Source: Neophaeotheca triangularis
Taxonomy: Eukaryota
Reading direction: 5' to 3'
DNA length: 64,000 bases
Assembly (NCBI GenBank): GCA_054600435.1
Contig: BAAIJX010000019.1
Span: 186,001 to 250,000, forward strand
Shown: positions 12,080 through 25,343 of the stretch, in pieces
Position numbering within the stretch: position 1 is the first letter of the stretch
Layout: the number at the start of each line of letters is the position of its first letter
The notes under the pieces: generated by a model
Told to the model about the DNA's origin: nothing
The model's database searches: none
What the model saw: the letters and a program-made list of their open reading frames with translations, nothing else
Position numbers and translations under genes: made by a program

Positions 12080-13897
12080 ATGGACTCCGCCGTCGACCCT
12101 TTCGAGGACATGACGTTGGACGAATTCTTGGACTCTCTCGACGAATTCATGAACGATGGGTCTCGCACGAAACTTCAAACATCCACCAGCAACAGCCGAC
12201 AAAACACTCAAACAGCCTCCCAGGTTCCCTTTTCTACAGACCGCAATCTCCAACAGAACTCACACGAGACCTCCAACGCGAGGTCGAGCACCCACATGTC
12301 TGCTAGAAGTCAGTCACGTCAGTCACCAGAAGCGGGCCTTCAAGAGCGTGTGGCCGCCAGGAAACAGAATGTCACGTTCAAGCAATCAACTGCACCATGT
12401 CAACCGGTTGAGCAGCCTCTTCCTGGCAAGGACAAAGCTACTCGCAACATCGAATCTTCGCCTATTGACCAGCAGAAAGAGTTTGATTCCGGGACGCCAA
12501 GCAACATGCACTACTCAACACTCGAGGAAACTGAGAGAGTTTGGAAGCCTTTCGAACCGTTGGATATTCTGAGCGATGATATCGAGGCCGTTGAAGCAAA
12601 GAAGTACGAGTACATCCAGAAGATCGCAGCCGCTCTCGCATTCACCAAGTATGAGGCTCCGCCAACCAAGTACACTACTGGAGCCAGGCTTTCGGTCAAG
12701 GAGAAACAAGCCTGGACAGCGTGGCAGAGGAAAGCTTGCGGTGATGTACGGGTGTTCCTCGCACAAAAGGTGAAGCATGGAGCCATGTCCAGCTTCTTCG
12801 AATACAACGCACACAAAATCTTCGAGAGTCTGCTGGAGCTGCACAAGCGCGGCTACGATCGCAACAGGTTTGCGCCGAAGGAGATCGAGACCAAACTCCG
12901 AGCTTCTGAACGCCTTTCTGCCGTCACTCGTGGACTCAAATACTATGCCATCATCCGCCTGAATGCTCTCAAGGGCGAGAAGATTACAAATTTGGTAGCC
13001 AGCCCGGAGTACCACGCTGACCGCAAGTTGGGCTACTGGAGCAGCAATGCAAAACGGGGCAAGAAATTCGACAATAAGACACGCAAAACCATAAAAGGCG
13101 GAAAAGGCGAAGTCGCAAAATCGAATTCGGATTCTGAAGATGAGGAATTGAATGGAGACGGCGTTTCGCTTCCCGTCGAAAAGAGAGAGGGTGCCAAGAG
13201 CGTCAGATTGAAGAAAGATGGCCCGAAGAGGCTCGTCTTGCAGGATGGAGAGGTTGAAGATGGCGAAGGATTCGGGGAAGAGTCCGACGAGGAAGAAGAT
13301 GGACTTGGACTGGATGCTGACGATGAGGAAGAAGACAACTCGAACATCATCGGGCAGCAGTATGATCGAGTTGGAGACGGAAAAGGTGGCTGGCAGGGCG
13401 AAGCTTGGGTTGACGATGAGCTGGTCGAGCTCCGCGAGAGGTTGGAGAGCGACGATTACGAGGATGTCGAATCGGATATGGCTGAAGACGATGGGTCGGT
13501 TATGGAGGAGATGGCCGATACACCGGAAGTGGTGGCCCACACGAGCTTCGACATTCTGGGCATACCGGACTTTGTCCGCAGACCAGGGGCGGACAAGGTC
13601 TCGGGCGGCGAAGAAAGATCCAAGGGTACTGGGCACTTTCATGGCGCTGGAGGAGATGCTGTCGACGCAGGTGATCGGGAGTCCCCGTTCCAGCTTTCCG
13701 GGCCCTTCGATTCAGACGCCAGCTCTACGCGCAGGACCGAGGGTAGACGCGACACAAAGATTGCAGAGAATGAGAGGCTCGCTCTCAATAGCATCGTTCG
13801 CAAGCGTGCTGCTTCCGAGCAAGTGATTCGATCGGCAGAGTTCAGTAGAATCGACCCCTCCAACTCCTCGGCCAGGAAGCGCATGCGCCATCACTAG
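12080..13897 (+). CDS. Hypothetical protein, paralog 2 (605 aa, acidic tail, basic C-terminus)
   Basis: Single long ORF with the family domain: AWTAWQRKAC...AHKIFESLLELHKRG...ASERLSAVTRGLKYYAIIR...LVASPEYHADRKLGYWSSNAKR. Confidence 0.85.
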   Translation: MDSAVDPFEDMTLDEFLDSLDEFMNDGSRTKLQTSTSNSRQNTQTASQVPFSTDRNLQQNSHETSNARSSTHMSARSQSRQSPEAGLQERVAARKQNVTFKQSTAPCQPVEQPLPGKDKATRNIESSPIDQQKEFDSGTPSNMHYSTLEETERVWKPFEPLDILSDDIEAVEAKKYEYIQKIAAALAFTKYEAPPTKYTTGARLSVKEKQAWTAWQRKACGDVRVFLAQKVKHGAMSSFFEYNAHKIFESLLELHKRGYDRNRFAPKEIETKLRASERLSAVTRGLKYYAIIRLNALKGEKITNLVASPEYHADRKLGYWSSNAKRGKKFDNKTRKTIKGGKGEVAKSNSDSEDEELNGDGVSLPVEKREGAKSVRLKKDGPKRLVLQDGEVEDGEGFGEESDEEEDGLGLDADDEEEDNSNIIGQQYDRVGDGKGGWQGEAWVDDELVELRERLESDDYEDVESDMAEDDGSVMEEMADTPEVVAHTSFDILGIPDFVRRPGADKVSGGEERSKGTGHFHGAGGDAVDAGDRESPFQLSGPFDSDASSTRRTEGRRDTKIAENERLALNSIVRKRAASEQVIRSAEFSRIDPSNSSARKRMRHH

Positions 13898-15457
13898 AGC
13901 ACTGGCATGGACTTTCAGACCGTTTGGAAGATATCGCTCAAGCAGTTCAGACAGCTAAAGGCGCTCGCTCAATACTCCACAAAACGCTGCGTTTAAGCGA
14001 GAGTTTCAGGGCGTTCGAGGGGATTTCGCTTATCTAGAGGGAAGCATGATTTGGCAGAAGGAACTTACATTTTGGCAAGCTCAGTTGACATCACAAACGT
14101 CTTGAGACATGCTTTTGTAGCTTAATGATGTAGCACCTAAAGGAATCACTTGCAAGAATCACCTGTAGAGAAACAATTTCCCCTTTGGGCCTGATTCTGC
14201 ATGTAAGTCTCAAGAGATAAAGTAAGTCCAACCCCTGAATTCAGCCGCCTTCAACACCCATCACCCCATAATTAGGTCAATTTGAGCGCGACGGTCGAGT
14301 TCCCATCTACCTCTCACGGGCCGGCCAAGGCAACTCGTCATCTCGATGTCATCGCGTCAGGCAAGTTGCTTATGGTGCCTCCAAAACCAGCAGTATTAGC
14401 CAAGACTCCCGCGCAAAAAGAGACATTGCTGGATACATCGCGGAAGTGGAACGAGAGAGTTCGTTTTGACTTTAAAATCTCGCCAAATCACGCCGCTCAC
14501 TCCAGTCTTACAGACACGAAAATCTTGACTTGCGGGGTAACTCGAAAAGGGTTTTGGCTCGCTGCACCAGCATTGCCTTGATTCTCAGCGGTATCAGGCG
14601 TTTGAGGTCGCCGGGTTATCTATTATTGTTGCGTGTAGCGGAACACATGGCGAGGACGATAGGAATGGCATGTTTCAACCTAGAAGCTTAACGGGAAAGC
14701 GCGAGGGGACCACAAGAGTCTAGATACCTGTAGGGATGGAAGGGGACCATACTGAGGGGAGAAAGTCCCAGCGTATTAGTCAGGGTAATTATGGAAAACA
14801 TGGCTCGATGCAGCACCAAATGCCCAGCAACAGTAGAGCTCGAGAGACACCATCTTCAATCTAAGACCGAATACATGCAGAACAGTAAGACTTGGGGCAT
14901 GGTAGATGCGAGAAATGCAGTAGGGCCGACCCTTCCTGAAGTGAATCTACTAGTTTACAGCAAATTTCGAAGCAAGGTCTTCTATTTAACCATTGTCCGA
15001 CCTATGGCACTATGTAACATTGATTGCAGCAAACGATCGACCGTTAACACAAAAAAGATATAGTAGTCTAAGACAATCGACTGTCGTCCATTACGGCTCC
15101 TATTAATCGACCTCTTATACATTCGGATGACCACCTTTACAAATTACAACACGGTATCGCAGCCTTTAGGTTTCGTCTCTAGCACTTCACTGCTATTATG
15201 CATGGAAAGTGTATATATCGCTATCGATATGAGTGTTACAGCTTTCACTTGATGGTCCGTGCGTCAAGCGAGCTCTTCTAGGCCTACCGGGTCACGCGCA
15301 TCTTCCTCGATATCTACCTAACCTTTGTGAAACTTCACCTAGCCTTCTTAGCAATTGTGATCAAGCTACTACCTGTCCAAGCCCTCGGTATTCCGTGAAA
15401 CCTACTGGACGACCATACCTACGGTCCTACACTGCATTTGTCTTTCTCAATCTCACG

Positions 15458-17296
15458 ATGTCGCCACCGAAGCGCGACGGTGAGGTTCTCCATCATGTAA
15501 ATGGAGAGAACTACAACGACCTATATTCGGGCCTGGTCGACCCGAACAACTCTGGCCACAGCGTGGTCAACAACACCAATACGGGCATCAACTTCAATAC
15601 CAGCATGCTTAGCACAAGACGCCAGGTTGTGAGTGAGACCGTATCTGACTGAAAGACGCTCGCCTTTGCTAACCTCTATTTGAGAAGGCTGGTCGTCTTC
15701 CGTCTTACAGACTTAAGTCTTACTACCTGGGAAACAACGACGACTTGTATCAGCAGCAGCAGCGTCGCGTACGTGACGGCATGAGCCAGTCGTCCTTCGA
15801 CGATCCCAAGTCTGTATCACACCGCATGGCTGTTTCGATATCTACACACGTGAGCTATCTTTCATTCCTCTCATATGTTGTTGCTGCTAATCCAAAGAAC
15901 AAAAGGGCTCCTTATTGGCCCCAGCGTCGCAAAACCCTTTCGAGGAGTTTATCCACCAGGACCAATTCGAAGATGCAGGCCGCAACGATACCCAGTCTCA
16001 AGACCATCTCGAACCCAATTTTCAGCGTCCCAACACAACATTCCAAACGCCTTCGCATCCCGTGCAGAAGCAAGTCCATAGCATGAGCAGCTACTTACCG
16101 ATCGCTGCCGCGTCAACTACAGCTCTCCATCATCCTCAAGTCAACGTCGCATCGATTCCTCGCCCCCCTAAGCCCGATAACATGACTTTCGGCTCTCTCT
16201 TGCAGGGCAAGGCCTTCTGGGAACCCACGAATCTTCTTGCGGTTCCCACCGACAAGGACGATATTTCGGTTGTGATTGCCAACCAATGGCAACATGTCGA
16301 AAACCTTGCTCGGGCCCTCTCGAGTAAAGAATTCAAAGCCGCTCCAAACACCTGGTTCGATACCACCGGTGCTTTGACGGACAATGAGAAAGCTGCTTGG
16401 GCAAAGTGGCAGACAAACGCTTGCAAGAGGGCCGCGAATGTGTTGGCTAAAAAGCAGAAGAAAGGGGTTGAGTTGAGCTTCATTCATTTCACTGCTCTCA
16501 AGATATTCGAAGCGGTTCTGGAGCTCCACTATCATGGCACCACTCTTGAGAGCGTTGATATGGAGAAGGAAATTCCAGCCTCTGAGCGACTTGATACCGT
16601 GACAAGCGTTCTCAGCGAGTACGCTATCGTGCGTTTCGACACGCTGAACGACGGGTACAGGATCGAACGATTGGTCGCCGGGCCGAATAAGCTCGTCATC
16701 AAGAAAATCGACTTCATGACAAGCAACGGTAAGCGAGATGGCAAGTTCGCGGCGAAGAGTCCAGGGCCGCGAAAGAGGAAGGCCCCAGAAGATACTGATG
16801 GGGATAGGGGAGAGAGTTCGGTAAAGAGGCACAAGAAAGGCAGCGAATGCGAACCTGCCCTGAAGAGGACAGACAAGAGCTTCGGAGTCTTATCGCGAGC
16901 TGCGGGAACAATTAGCAGCTCCCAAATCGGGCGGGGCGGTTTGAAGCAGCATGGGATCCACGGGTTGCCGCGATCGGGACCGCTTGCCCACGGGAGCCAC
17001 CGGTATGAGCAGCAGGCCCAAGCGGAAAGCGACATGGAGCATTCGCATGAGACAACAAGGGCGCCTATTCTGCTGAATGCCGAAGCCCAGGGCGACGTGT
17101 ACGGTCACAACATCCAGCACCATCACACCATGGCTGGCAATCCCCCATACTTCGGCAAAGGCGGCCCGAGCGGCCCAGTACTTGGCTTCATGCAACCATT
17201 TTGGCCGGAAGGGGATGCTGTTGCTGGTGCTGAACGTGTGGTTGGTGGCATAGCGGATGGAGCGACGGCGAACGGCACGAAGTTAGACAGTGCTCG
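15458..17296 (+). CDS. Hypothetical protein, paralog 3, 5' portion (interrupted by the TE nest)
   Basis: ORF 15915.. has the family domain (AWAKWQTNAC...ALKIFEAVLELHYHG...ASERLDTVTSVLSEYAIVR). Tentative upstream exons 15458-15628 and 15688-15849 (GTGAGT/GTGAGC donors, GCTAAC/GCTAAT branch sites; acceptors uncertain). The frame now reads into the Copia LTR and stops at 17357. Confidence 0.75.
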
Positions 17297-17468
17297 TGTT
17301 GATGTGATTGGCCTGAGGCTCGGTCACGCTAGCTTAGGGCTGCACTGGTGGTGTTAGGTGGTCACGTGTTGTGTCACATGACGCGGCTTTGTGAGCCACT
17401 CCTACTTCTTCGTCTTGTCGTAGCTACCTACATACTTTGAATACTATGACACTTCATACCATTCAACA
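17297..17468 (+). repeat. Copia 5' LTR
   Basis: TGTTGA...TCAACA; differs from the 3' LTR at only 4 TG/TA positions. Confidence 0.95.
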
Positions 17469-17480
17469 GGTTATGAGCCC
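17469..17480 (+). promoter_or_regulatory. Copia primer-binding site
   Basis: GGTTATGAGCCC directly after the 5' LTR, a motif commonly seen at this position in fungal Copia elements. Confidence 0.7.
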
Positions 17481-18647
17481 GGGTTTTACGCATTGTTACG
17501 CGCGCTAAAAAAACCCTTCTTATTAGTGTTCATTAACTAGACTACATTACAACGTGGTACGTTACGCAGTATTTCGAAAAACGACGGATTTCAATCCTTC
17601 TTTCGTCTCAACTAGTTTTTTATCGACACCCTATACGGTTTTACCCTTAACGGTAATATGCATTTAGGGACTATAAGATCGACTACAGTAGGTACTTTAG
17701 TAACTTCTTCGAAGGACGGTAGGTTATTAGAACCAAAATTACCGTACTACTAAAGACATAGCCGATTCATATAGAGACACTAGAGTAGATCTTAATAAGC
17801 TATTTAAGCTCTAAGGACCTAAGACCTTCGACAGATAGTACGACGCTATCTAGGACTATTTAACTAATAAACGACTACCTAAAATCGTTAACGGTAAAAA
17901 AGAGAGACTAAAAAGAGAGGCCTTTAGTAATGCTCCCCCTAGTAAGATAAGGGTAGAAGAAGACGAAGCTTTTAAAGAGGCGGATAAGAACTAGCTAGTA
18001 AAGGATACTAGGGCTAAGAACATACTCCGTTCGACTATCTCTAATAAAATCGTCATTAACCTAAAGGGGAAGGACACTACCTATAAGATGTTCATTTACC
18101 TATACTCTATATATAAGCCTAACGGTATCTCATATAAGATAAGTATATAGTATACTTATATACGATACCACTTTAATGGAGTAGACATTACGGACTTCTA
18201 TAATAAATATAGTAAGTGTCTAGATAACATGAAGGGTATTAGTATTAAGTTTCATGAGTACCTTACTCTCTACTAGTTCCTATTCTGTCTTATAGACCAT
18301 TACCTATAGTTTATAGCAAACATTAGGAACTAGCTTCGATAGGCTAAGAGGAGTAGAGGCAAACTACTATTACTAGAAACCGTCATGAGAGATATATGTA
18401 ATGAATCGAAGTAGATCAATAATAGCGGTACTAAGACAGCATTAATAGCTAAGAGTACGTACTCTAGTAAGGGCGATAAAGGTAAGAATAGTAGTAGTAG
18501 TAAAAAGGGCTAAAAGTGCTCTTACTATAGTACCTAACATGACATTAGAGAGTGCTAGAAGAAGCACCCTAAGAAAGTACTAGAGTAGTACCTTAACTAT
18601 AGTAATAGTGAAAAGAGTAAAGGTAAGGGAGTAAAGGGCTCTAGTAA

Positions 18648-19030
18648 TGTCGTGGTGACTCCCGTACTACATTTATAGGCATATAGGTTTTACGGTATTT
18701 ACTTTATTATTACCCCTTTATATACTTATACCTCCCCCTACACTAGTACTTATATCTTAGACCTATCTACTACCTAGACAGACATATATAGAATGAATTA
18801 TAACTACTTGAATTAGCCTCTATATACTATAACTAACCTAACTAATTTCTAACCCCTAACCTATTATTCGTAACTGTTATAAACAATCCCTAATTCTCGA
18901 CTATACCTAATCCCTAACTCTCGACTATACCCGATTCCTAATCCTACTACATTATTCATAACTGTTATAAACAATACCTCCCTAAGCAAAACTAGTCTCC
19001 TAGCTTCTTAAGTGCTCTCGCTACTCGACA
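18648..19030 (+). repeat. Gypsy copy B 5' LTR (383-bp variant)
   Basis: TGTCG...TCGACA; contains two 27-bp palindromes and a 23-bp tandem duplication. Confidence 0.95.
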
Positions 19031-22000
19031 TATTTAGAGCTAAAGGTAGAGCGACTATATATTGTCTTCGTCCTAATAGCCGAACCTATACTCTAGGAAT
19101 TATACTTACTATAAGACTACCCGACTTATAGAACTTACCCTTCGATAAGGGGACTAGAAAAGGGGCTCGATAATGCGATAGTAGCGCTATAGTTAACCCT
19201 AAGAAACCTACTACTCTACCTTACTATTCTCCTACCCTAACGAAACGATAATAGCGGCTTCTAGATAACCTAGACTACTACTTACTACTTTAGCTTTCCT
19301 CGCCCTTACCGTTCTACTTAGCCTAGATGTAGTTATCTATACTATGTAAGGTTTCGGACTGTTCGGTATTATCGCCGAAAACTTAATAGAGCTTTAAAAA
19401 TGTAGAGGCTAGAGTCCCCTATAATGACGCTCGTCTCATTCTAATAGAGGTAAACCCTCTATATACTACTAGAGAATCCGGACCTTTAGGACCTCTAGTA
19501 GAGAAAAGATATCATCTCGGCTATAGATCGAAGAAAGACTATAAGGTACTACTTAAGATTAACTTCGTAAATTCACTACTAAGAATATCGCTTACATTCT
19601 CGGCTTCCTTACTCGGTCTATTACTTATATGTTCTAAGATTCTACTATTTTACTTATACCTCCTCACTATTATCACTATTCCTAGAAAACTAAACAAATA
19701 ACTAAAAATATGTCTAACTCCCCTCTCGACATTTCCCTTACTCTAGAAGACATGTAAGACATAGGGCCTACTACTTCCTCGGCACTATCTACCCCTATAC
19801 TTACCTTAAGATCTAGTAGAGATAGCCCTAGGGCGTCCCTACCGTCGCGTCTTACTAATACCCTAGGGTATGTGATTATAGTACCTCCTCTAAGTCCCTA
19901 TAAGCCTAGGGCGGCCTACTTCGATAGTAGTAACCTTACGAGCTTTATATAGAAGTATAAGAAGATATGTATACGGTTTAGGTTCGACTCCCGTTATATA
20001 GCCGAACTACTCGACAGCTACATTAGTAATGAGGTCTAGGCCTAGGTATTAGACCTTAAGCACGACAGCTCGTTAGTAGACATCTTCGCTACTATAAAGG
20101 TTAAGTTCGGGGATTTCGACTTAGAGTAGCTTACTAGAAGTATAGAAGCACTTATGGGTTTTATAGCTAAGAGTAAAGCCGCTAGCTATCCGAACGGGAT
20201 CCTAGAGTATGTTCGCGGTTTCGAGAGCATTATCTATAAGGCTAAAGATTAGGGGTACCCTCTTAGGGGACTAGAGATTGTAAAGTACTTCCTCTATAGT
20301 TTACCTTAGAACTTATAGGAGCGTCTTATCTAGCGGTTCTAGATTAATCTACTCATGCCTAGTAAGTCTATCGAGTACTAATAACTATTTAGGGCTGTCG
20401 AGGATAAGGTCTATACTAACTAATCCTTAGAGATGTTAAATTTAGTTCATAATACGATAGCCTATATAGAGGCTAGCGAGAAGCCTATCGTGTATATACT
20501 AGTCCCTACTATAGCATTCCTAGCGCCGGCTTTTAGGAGTAAGGGACGTCCTATACCTAATTTCCCTAAACAGCCTACCTCTAAAAAGGAAATAGACGAA
20601 CTAGTAGCTAAGTTTAAGACGCTCAAGTTGAACGCTATAGACCTAGCTATTATAGTTAAGAATGCGGGCTACTATAGATTTACTATGTCTAACATTCTAG
20701 CTAGCGCCGCGACTAATGTCTTCTAGGTAGCTCTATAACCTTCCTTTCCCGAACGGTCTACTTATGCCTCTACTACTACTACCTCTAATTTTAATAACTA
20801 TATACAGTATCCTAGTTAGGGTTATGGCGCTCCTAATACTACCTATAGAATAGCGCTAGAAGGCTACTTTATATATAGTAGCCTATATAGATAGATAACT
20901 TACCCCGGATTTCTCGAGCTTATTAATAAGGGACTCGTGTACTCTAACCTAAGTAGTAAATGTATCTAATAGGGATCTGTTTAGAACCTAGGAGATGAAC
21001 TCTAAAGGCTTTTACGGGAAAAATAGCTCGATGCTATTAAGTAGAAGATTGAATAGAGCGAGAACTAGTTCGTACCTATCGCCGCGTAAGGGCCTATAGT
21101 TCGCTTTATAACTACACTCCCTCTATCATCCTATTCTAACACCTCCGAGGATGAGGACGATACCTCTTTATATCTAATATAGACTCGATCTAGCCTAGGG
21201 CTAGTTCAAGACCCGGACGCGAGAGTGTATAAGAAGCGAGCTACTCCTAAAGTCTACGTAACGAGGCCTAGCGAGTACGAGAAGCTAGTAGATAGCGCGG
21301 CTTATAAGAGAAGCTAGACTATTCCCTACGACTCGCTAATTGATTAGCTAGTCGAGGAAAGGGACACTAATAATAAGGACTAGTAATGGCTAGCGCTACT
21401 AGCGATAAAGTAGCGTACCTCGAGGTATATAAAGCTCCTCGATGTCCTTATCTAGAATTAGTACGATGACGCTACGATACTAGAGATACTCCTTAGCGGC
21501 GATGTTACTATAAACTATATAGATGTCTTAGCGAAGATGCCGGGTATCTAGAAGCTACTATTTAGCCTACTACCTAAGGGGTTAGCTAACGATATATAGC
21601 GAGAAATAGACATGACTACTACATAATAGCGTCTCGCCCGTAAAGCGAAGAAGTCTACTACTAGAGGTACTTCTATGTTGCCTACTATTACTATAGCTCA
21701 TGATTCGGTTAATAGATGTTAATAGAATGCTACTATATTGAACACTACATTACTCTATATAACTACTCGTAACATTAACGATCTTATGGGAGAGGACCTA
21801 GTTTATCATAACGACTCCCTAGTTTACGAGATAAGGATTAGGAAGACTAATATAACTATACTCCTCGACTCTAGCGTAGATGTTAATGTCATGACGAGAG
21901 ACATTACTAAGTGCGCTCCACTACCGATTATAAGGTTACTATCTTCTATTAGTCTAGGTATTATAGTAGCGAACGGAGATGCGGTCACCTTTATTAGGTA

Positions 22001-22382
22001 GGTTCCTAACGCGCCCGTTTAGGTTAGCTAAGTCGTCATTCATATACTAATACTAGTAGTAGAGTAGTTATTAAAACCCTATATCCTCGGAGAGCTATAT
22101 ACCTATCGCGCTTCCCTCGAAGTTCGGAGAAATCCATTAGGTAAAGTCATCTACTAGGTTACTAGCGAGGATAGTTTAGCGACTATAGACTTTATCCCTA
22201 GTATAGGAATTCGTCGACTAGTGGGCTCGGATTCTAAAGCTAGAGACCATTTCTCCCTTAATGGTATTAGTATATATATAGTACATGTAGATCGGAGCAT
22301 ATCCTCTATTCATTCGTTAAAAGGTAGGGCGGACAAGTAGGTTCGATTACTACTACTAATACCTACTAAGAACTAAGCAAAT

Positions 22383-22640
22383 CATTATTCATAACTATTA
22401 CGAACAATCCTACTATTCGCGAAGCGACTAATAATACTATGATGACCCGAGCATTATTCGTAACTACTATGAATAATGCCTCTAGTCATGTAATATCTAC
22501 ATGCTCTACTAACTCCGCGACTAGTACCTAAGTATTGTTCGTAACTACTATAAATAATGTCTCTAGTCATGTAATACCTAGACGCTCCGCTAACTCTATG
22601 ACTAGTACCTAAGCATTATTCGTAACCGCTACGAATAATG
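22383..22640 (+). repeat. In-frame array of 4 palindrome-containing units in the protease-RT linker, copy B
   Basis: CATTGTTCGTAACCG(C/T)TACGAACAATG-like cores at 22383, 22452, 22533, 22614 (spacings 69, 81, 81). Confidence 0.9.
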
Positions 22641-24983
22641 CCCTAGGTAGGGTCTCCTATATATAGAGGTCTAGCATAATAGCGGATAGTGTGAAGCTCT
22701 TATAGAGTGTAAAACCTTTAGAACTTATAGCTCTCGCCTCTAACCCTACCTCACTACTAAAGGAGAATTTCAGTGTTATAACTATAGCTAAACGGAAGGC
22801 GGATAAGGTAGTGCCTATTAACGACTCGAGTACTATCCTGTCCGAAATTCCTAGTAGATAGTTAGATTAGCGAAAGAAAGCTATAGAGCGCTAGATTAAG
22901 AGTATACCGAAAGATCTTATCGCTTACTCCGATTATAATGGCCACTTCGAACCACGATATACACGAGAGCTAAGAGGCTATAGGTTAACCCCGGAGTAGA
23001 TAGTAGAAGTAATAGTTAACATCATACTCTTACTAGAAGAACGTTAGCTATTCGAAGCGATATTAATAGCCTATAAGCTAGTCCTTACATAGGACTTTAA
23101 GGAGTGTAGTATAATCTATGAAGACATATACCCTCCGGTTAAGATAAGAATAGTACCCTATAAAGCCTAGTAGGCCAAGACATATCCTATGCCGAAAGCT
23201 TTATCTAGGGAGCTCGTCGAGATATTAGAAGACTGACTAAAAGCCGGTGTCCTTAAGTATAGCTAAGGACAATACTAGAATCCTTAGTTTCTAGTTAAAA
23301 AGAAGAACAGCAAATATAGGCTAATTAACTTAGCTACTATCCTAAATTCAGTTACGGTTCGAGATGCTATAATGCTACTAGATCTCGTAAGCTTCGTCTA
23401 CTATATTATGGGTAGACTACTCCTCTCACTATACGACGTTTTCTCTAGATATGACGAAATCCGGTTACACGAAGAAAGCCGCGACATGATAGCCATCATG
23501 ACTCTATTAGGGCTCCTAAGGCAGATAACTTTACTAATAGGCTAGATAAACTTAGTAGCCATCTTTTACCGGGTCATGATGTAGATACTCATAGTACTAT
23601 ATCTACATAATACTATCCTATATGTTGACGACATCATCGCTATTAGCGACTATAGTGACTCCTAGGGCGACCCTAACCCTTTACCTAGTATTAGGCTCCT
23701 AGTCTATAACTATATCTAGAAACTAGACCGACTACTCGCGGACATAGAGCGAGCTAGATGTACTGTCGCTATAGGGAAATCGTACTTCCTTTCCGAGGAG
23801 CTTAAGGTTATCAGCTTTATATACATGCCTAGTAGTACGAAGCTGTCGCGCTTAAAGGTTAAAGCTATCACTAAGTAGACTAAGTATCGTATATTACGTG
23901 AAGCTCGTAGCTTCATTAGAATATGTATATACTATAAGTAGTTGATCTAGGGATTTATATAGTATATAAGACCGATTATTACGCTTATGTAGAAAGATGT
24001 GCCTTTTATCTAGGGACCGGAACAAGCCGTAGTAATAGTAGACCTAAAAGAGTAGCTAATGAAATTCCTAATCGTAGCCCTAGTTAAATATAGCGTAGAC
24101 ATAGGCTAACTAGTTCTTATAGTCGATACATGTAGTACTAGCTAGGGACTTTACTTATAACAAGAAGTTACTAGCGCGAAAAGACGAGTTATCTAGTATA
24201 ATAGTAGTCTCTAGAACGAGAGCGAGTAGAAATATAATGCTATTAAGCTCGAGTGCTAGGCGTTAATAATCGCTCTTAAAAGGTTACAGCTATACCTTTA
24301 TAGTACGAGGTTTATGGTCGAAATAGATACTAACATGCTAGTTGCCTAGCTTAATAAGGTTGCCTTAGACGTGCCGAATACTATAGTAACTCGCTAGCTA
24401 GCTTAGATTTAACTATTTGATTTCGACGTGCGACACGTCGCTAGTACGAAAAACATCATCGCTAACGGCCTATCCCGGAAGTCTAATAGGCTAGCTAATA
24501 CTAAAGATATCGATAACTAGGTTAATATCTATCTCGACAGCATTTCAGTAGGGCTACCCCTAGCGCTAGTCCTAACGTATACTAGTAACGAAAATCGAGG
24601 ATCTACCTTTGTAGTAGGGTTACTCCTAGTATAGGGCCTAATGCCTACGAGTAGCGAAGACGGAGCTTTAACTCCTTCTAATAGGGAGGGGGAACCTACT
24701 AACGACAATGTGCTCGACTCTACCTACTCTAAGTACTCTCAAAATGTCGCCCGCTAGCTCACGACTATACGAAGGCCTATAGACCTATCTAAATCGGAGT
24801 TCCGAGCATTTAAGCGACAAGTAATATGATTCCTAGTCCATAATGACTAACTATTTCGCCATATAAATAGGAACTAGCTATTAACTCGTATAGTAGATAG
24901 AGAGCGGAACTGACTACGAATAATAAAGGAACTTCATGATAAGGGTAGTTACTATAGAAGAGAAGGGACATATCGGAAAGTGG

Positions 24984-25343
24984 TGTCGAACGGCGAGAGT
25001 ACTCGAGAAGCTAGGAGACTAGTTTTGCTCGGGGAGGTATTATTCATAACGGTTACGGACAATGTAGCGGGATTAGGAATCGGGTGTAGTCGAGAATCAG
25101 GGATTGTTCGTAACGGTTACGAACAATGCATTAGGGGTTAGAGATTAGTCAGGTCGGTCATAGTATATAGAGGCTAATTTAAGTAGTCGCAATTCATTCT
25201 ATATGTGTCTGTCTAGGTAGATAGGTAGGTCTAAGATATAAGTACTAGTGTAGGGGGAGGCATAAGTATGTGAAGGGGTAATAATAAAGCAAATACCGTA
25301 AAACTAGTACGCCTATAAATGTAGTACGGGAGTCACTACGACA
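24984..25343 (-). mobile_element. Inverted solo LTR (360-bp variant) of the same Gypsy family, in the integrase of copy B
   Basis: Reverse complement of LTR 28551-28910. TSD GTGG 24980-24983 / GTAG 25344-25347 (RIP change). The empty site is visible in copy A near 42150. Confidence 0.95.

Noticed and set aside
12515..13642. 375-aa minus-strand ORF, and similar long antisense ORFs over paralog 3, SYF1 and UBA2
   Set aside because: Antisense shadows of real genes.
19031..19700. Possible small ORF in the long leader of the ORF3 Gypsy family
   Set aside because: RIP makes the frame ambiguous and no motif was recognisable.
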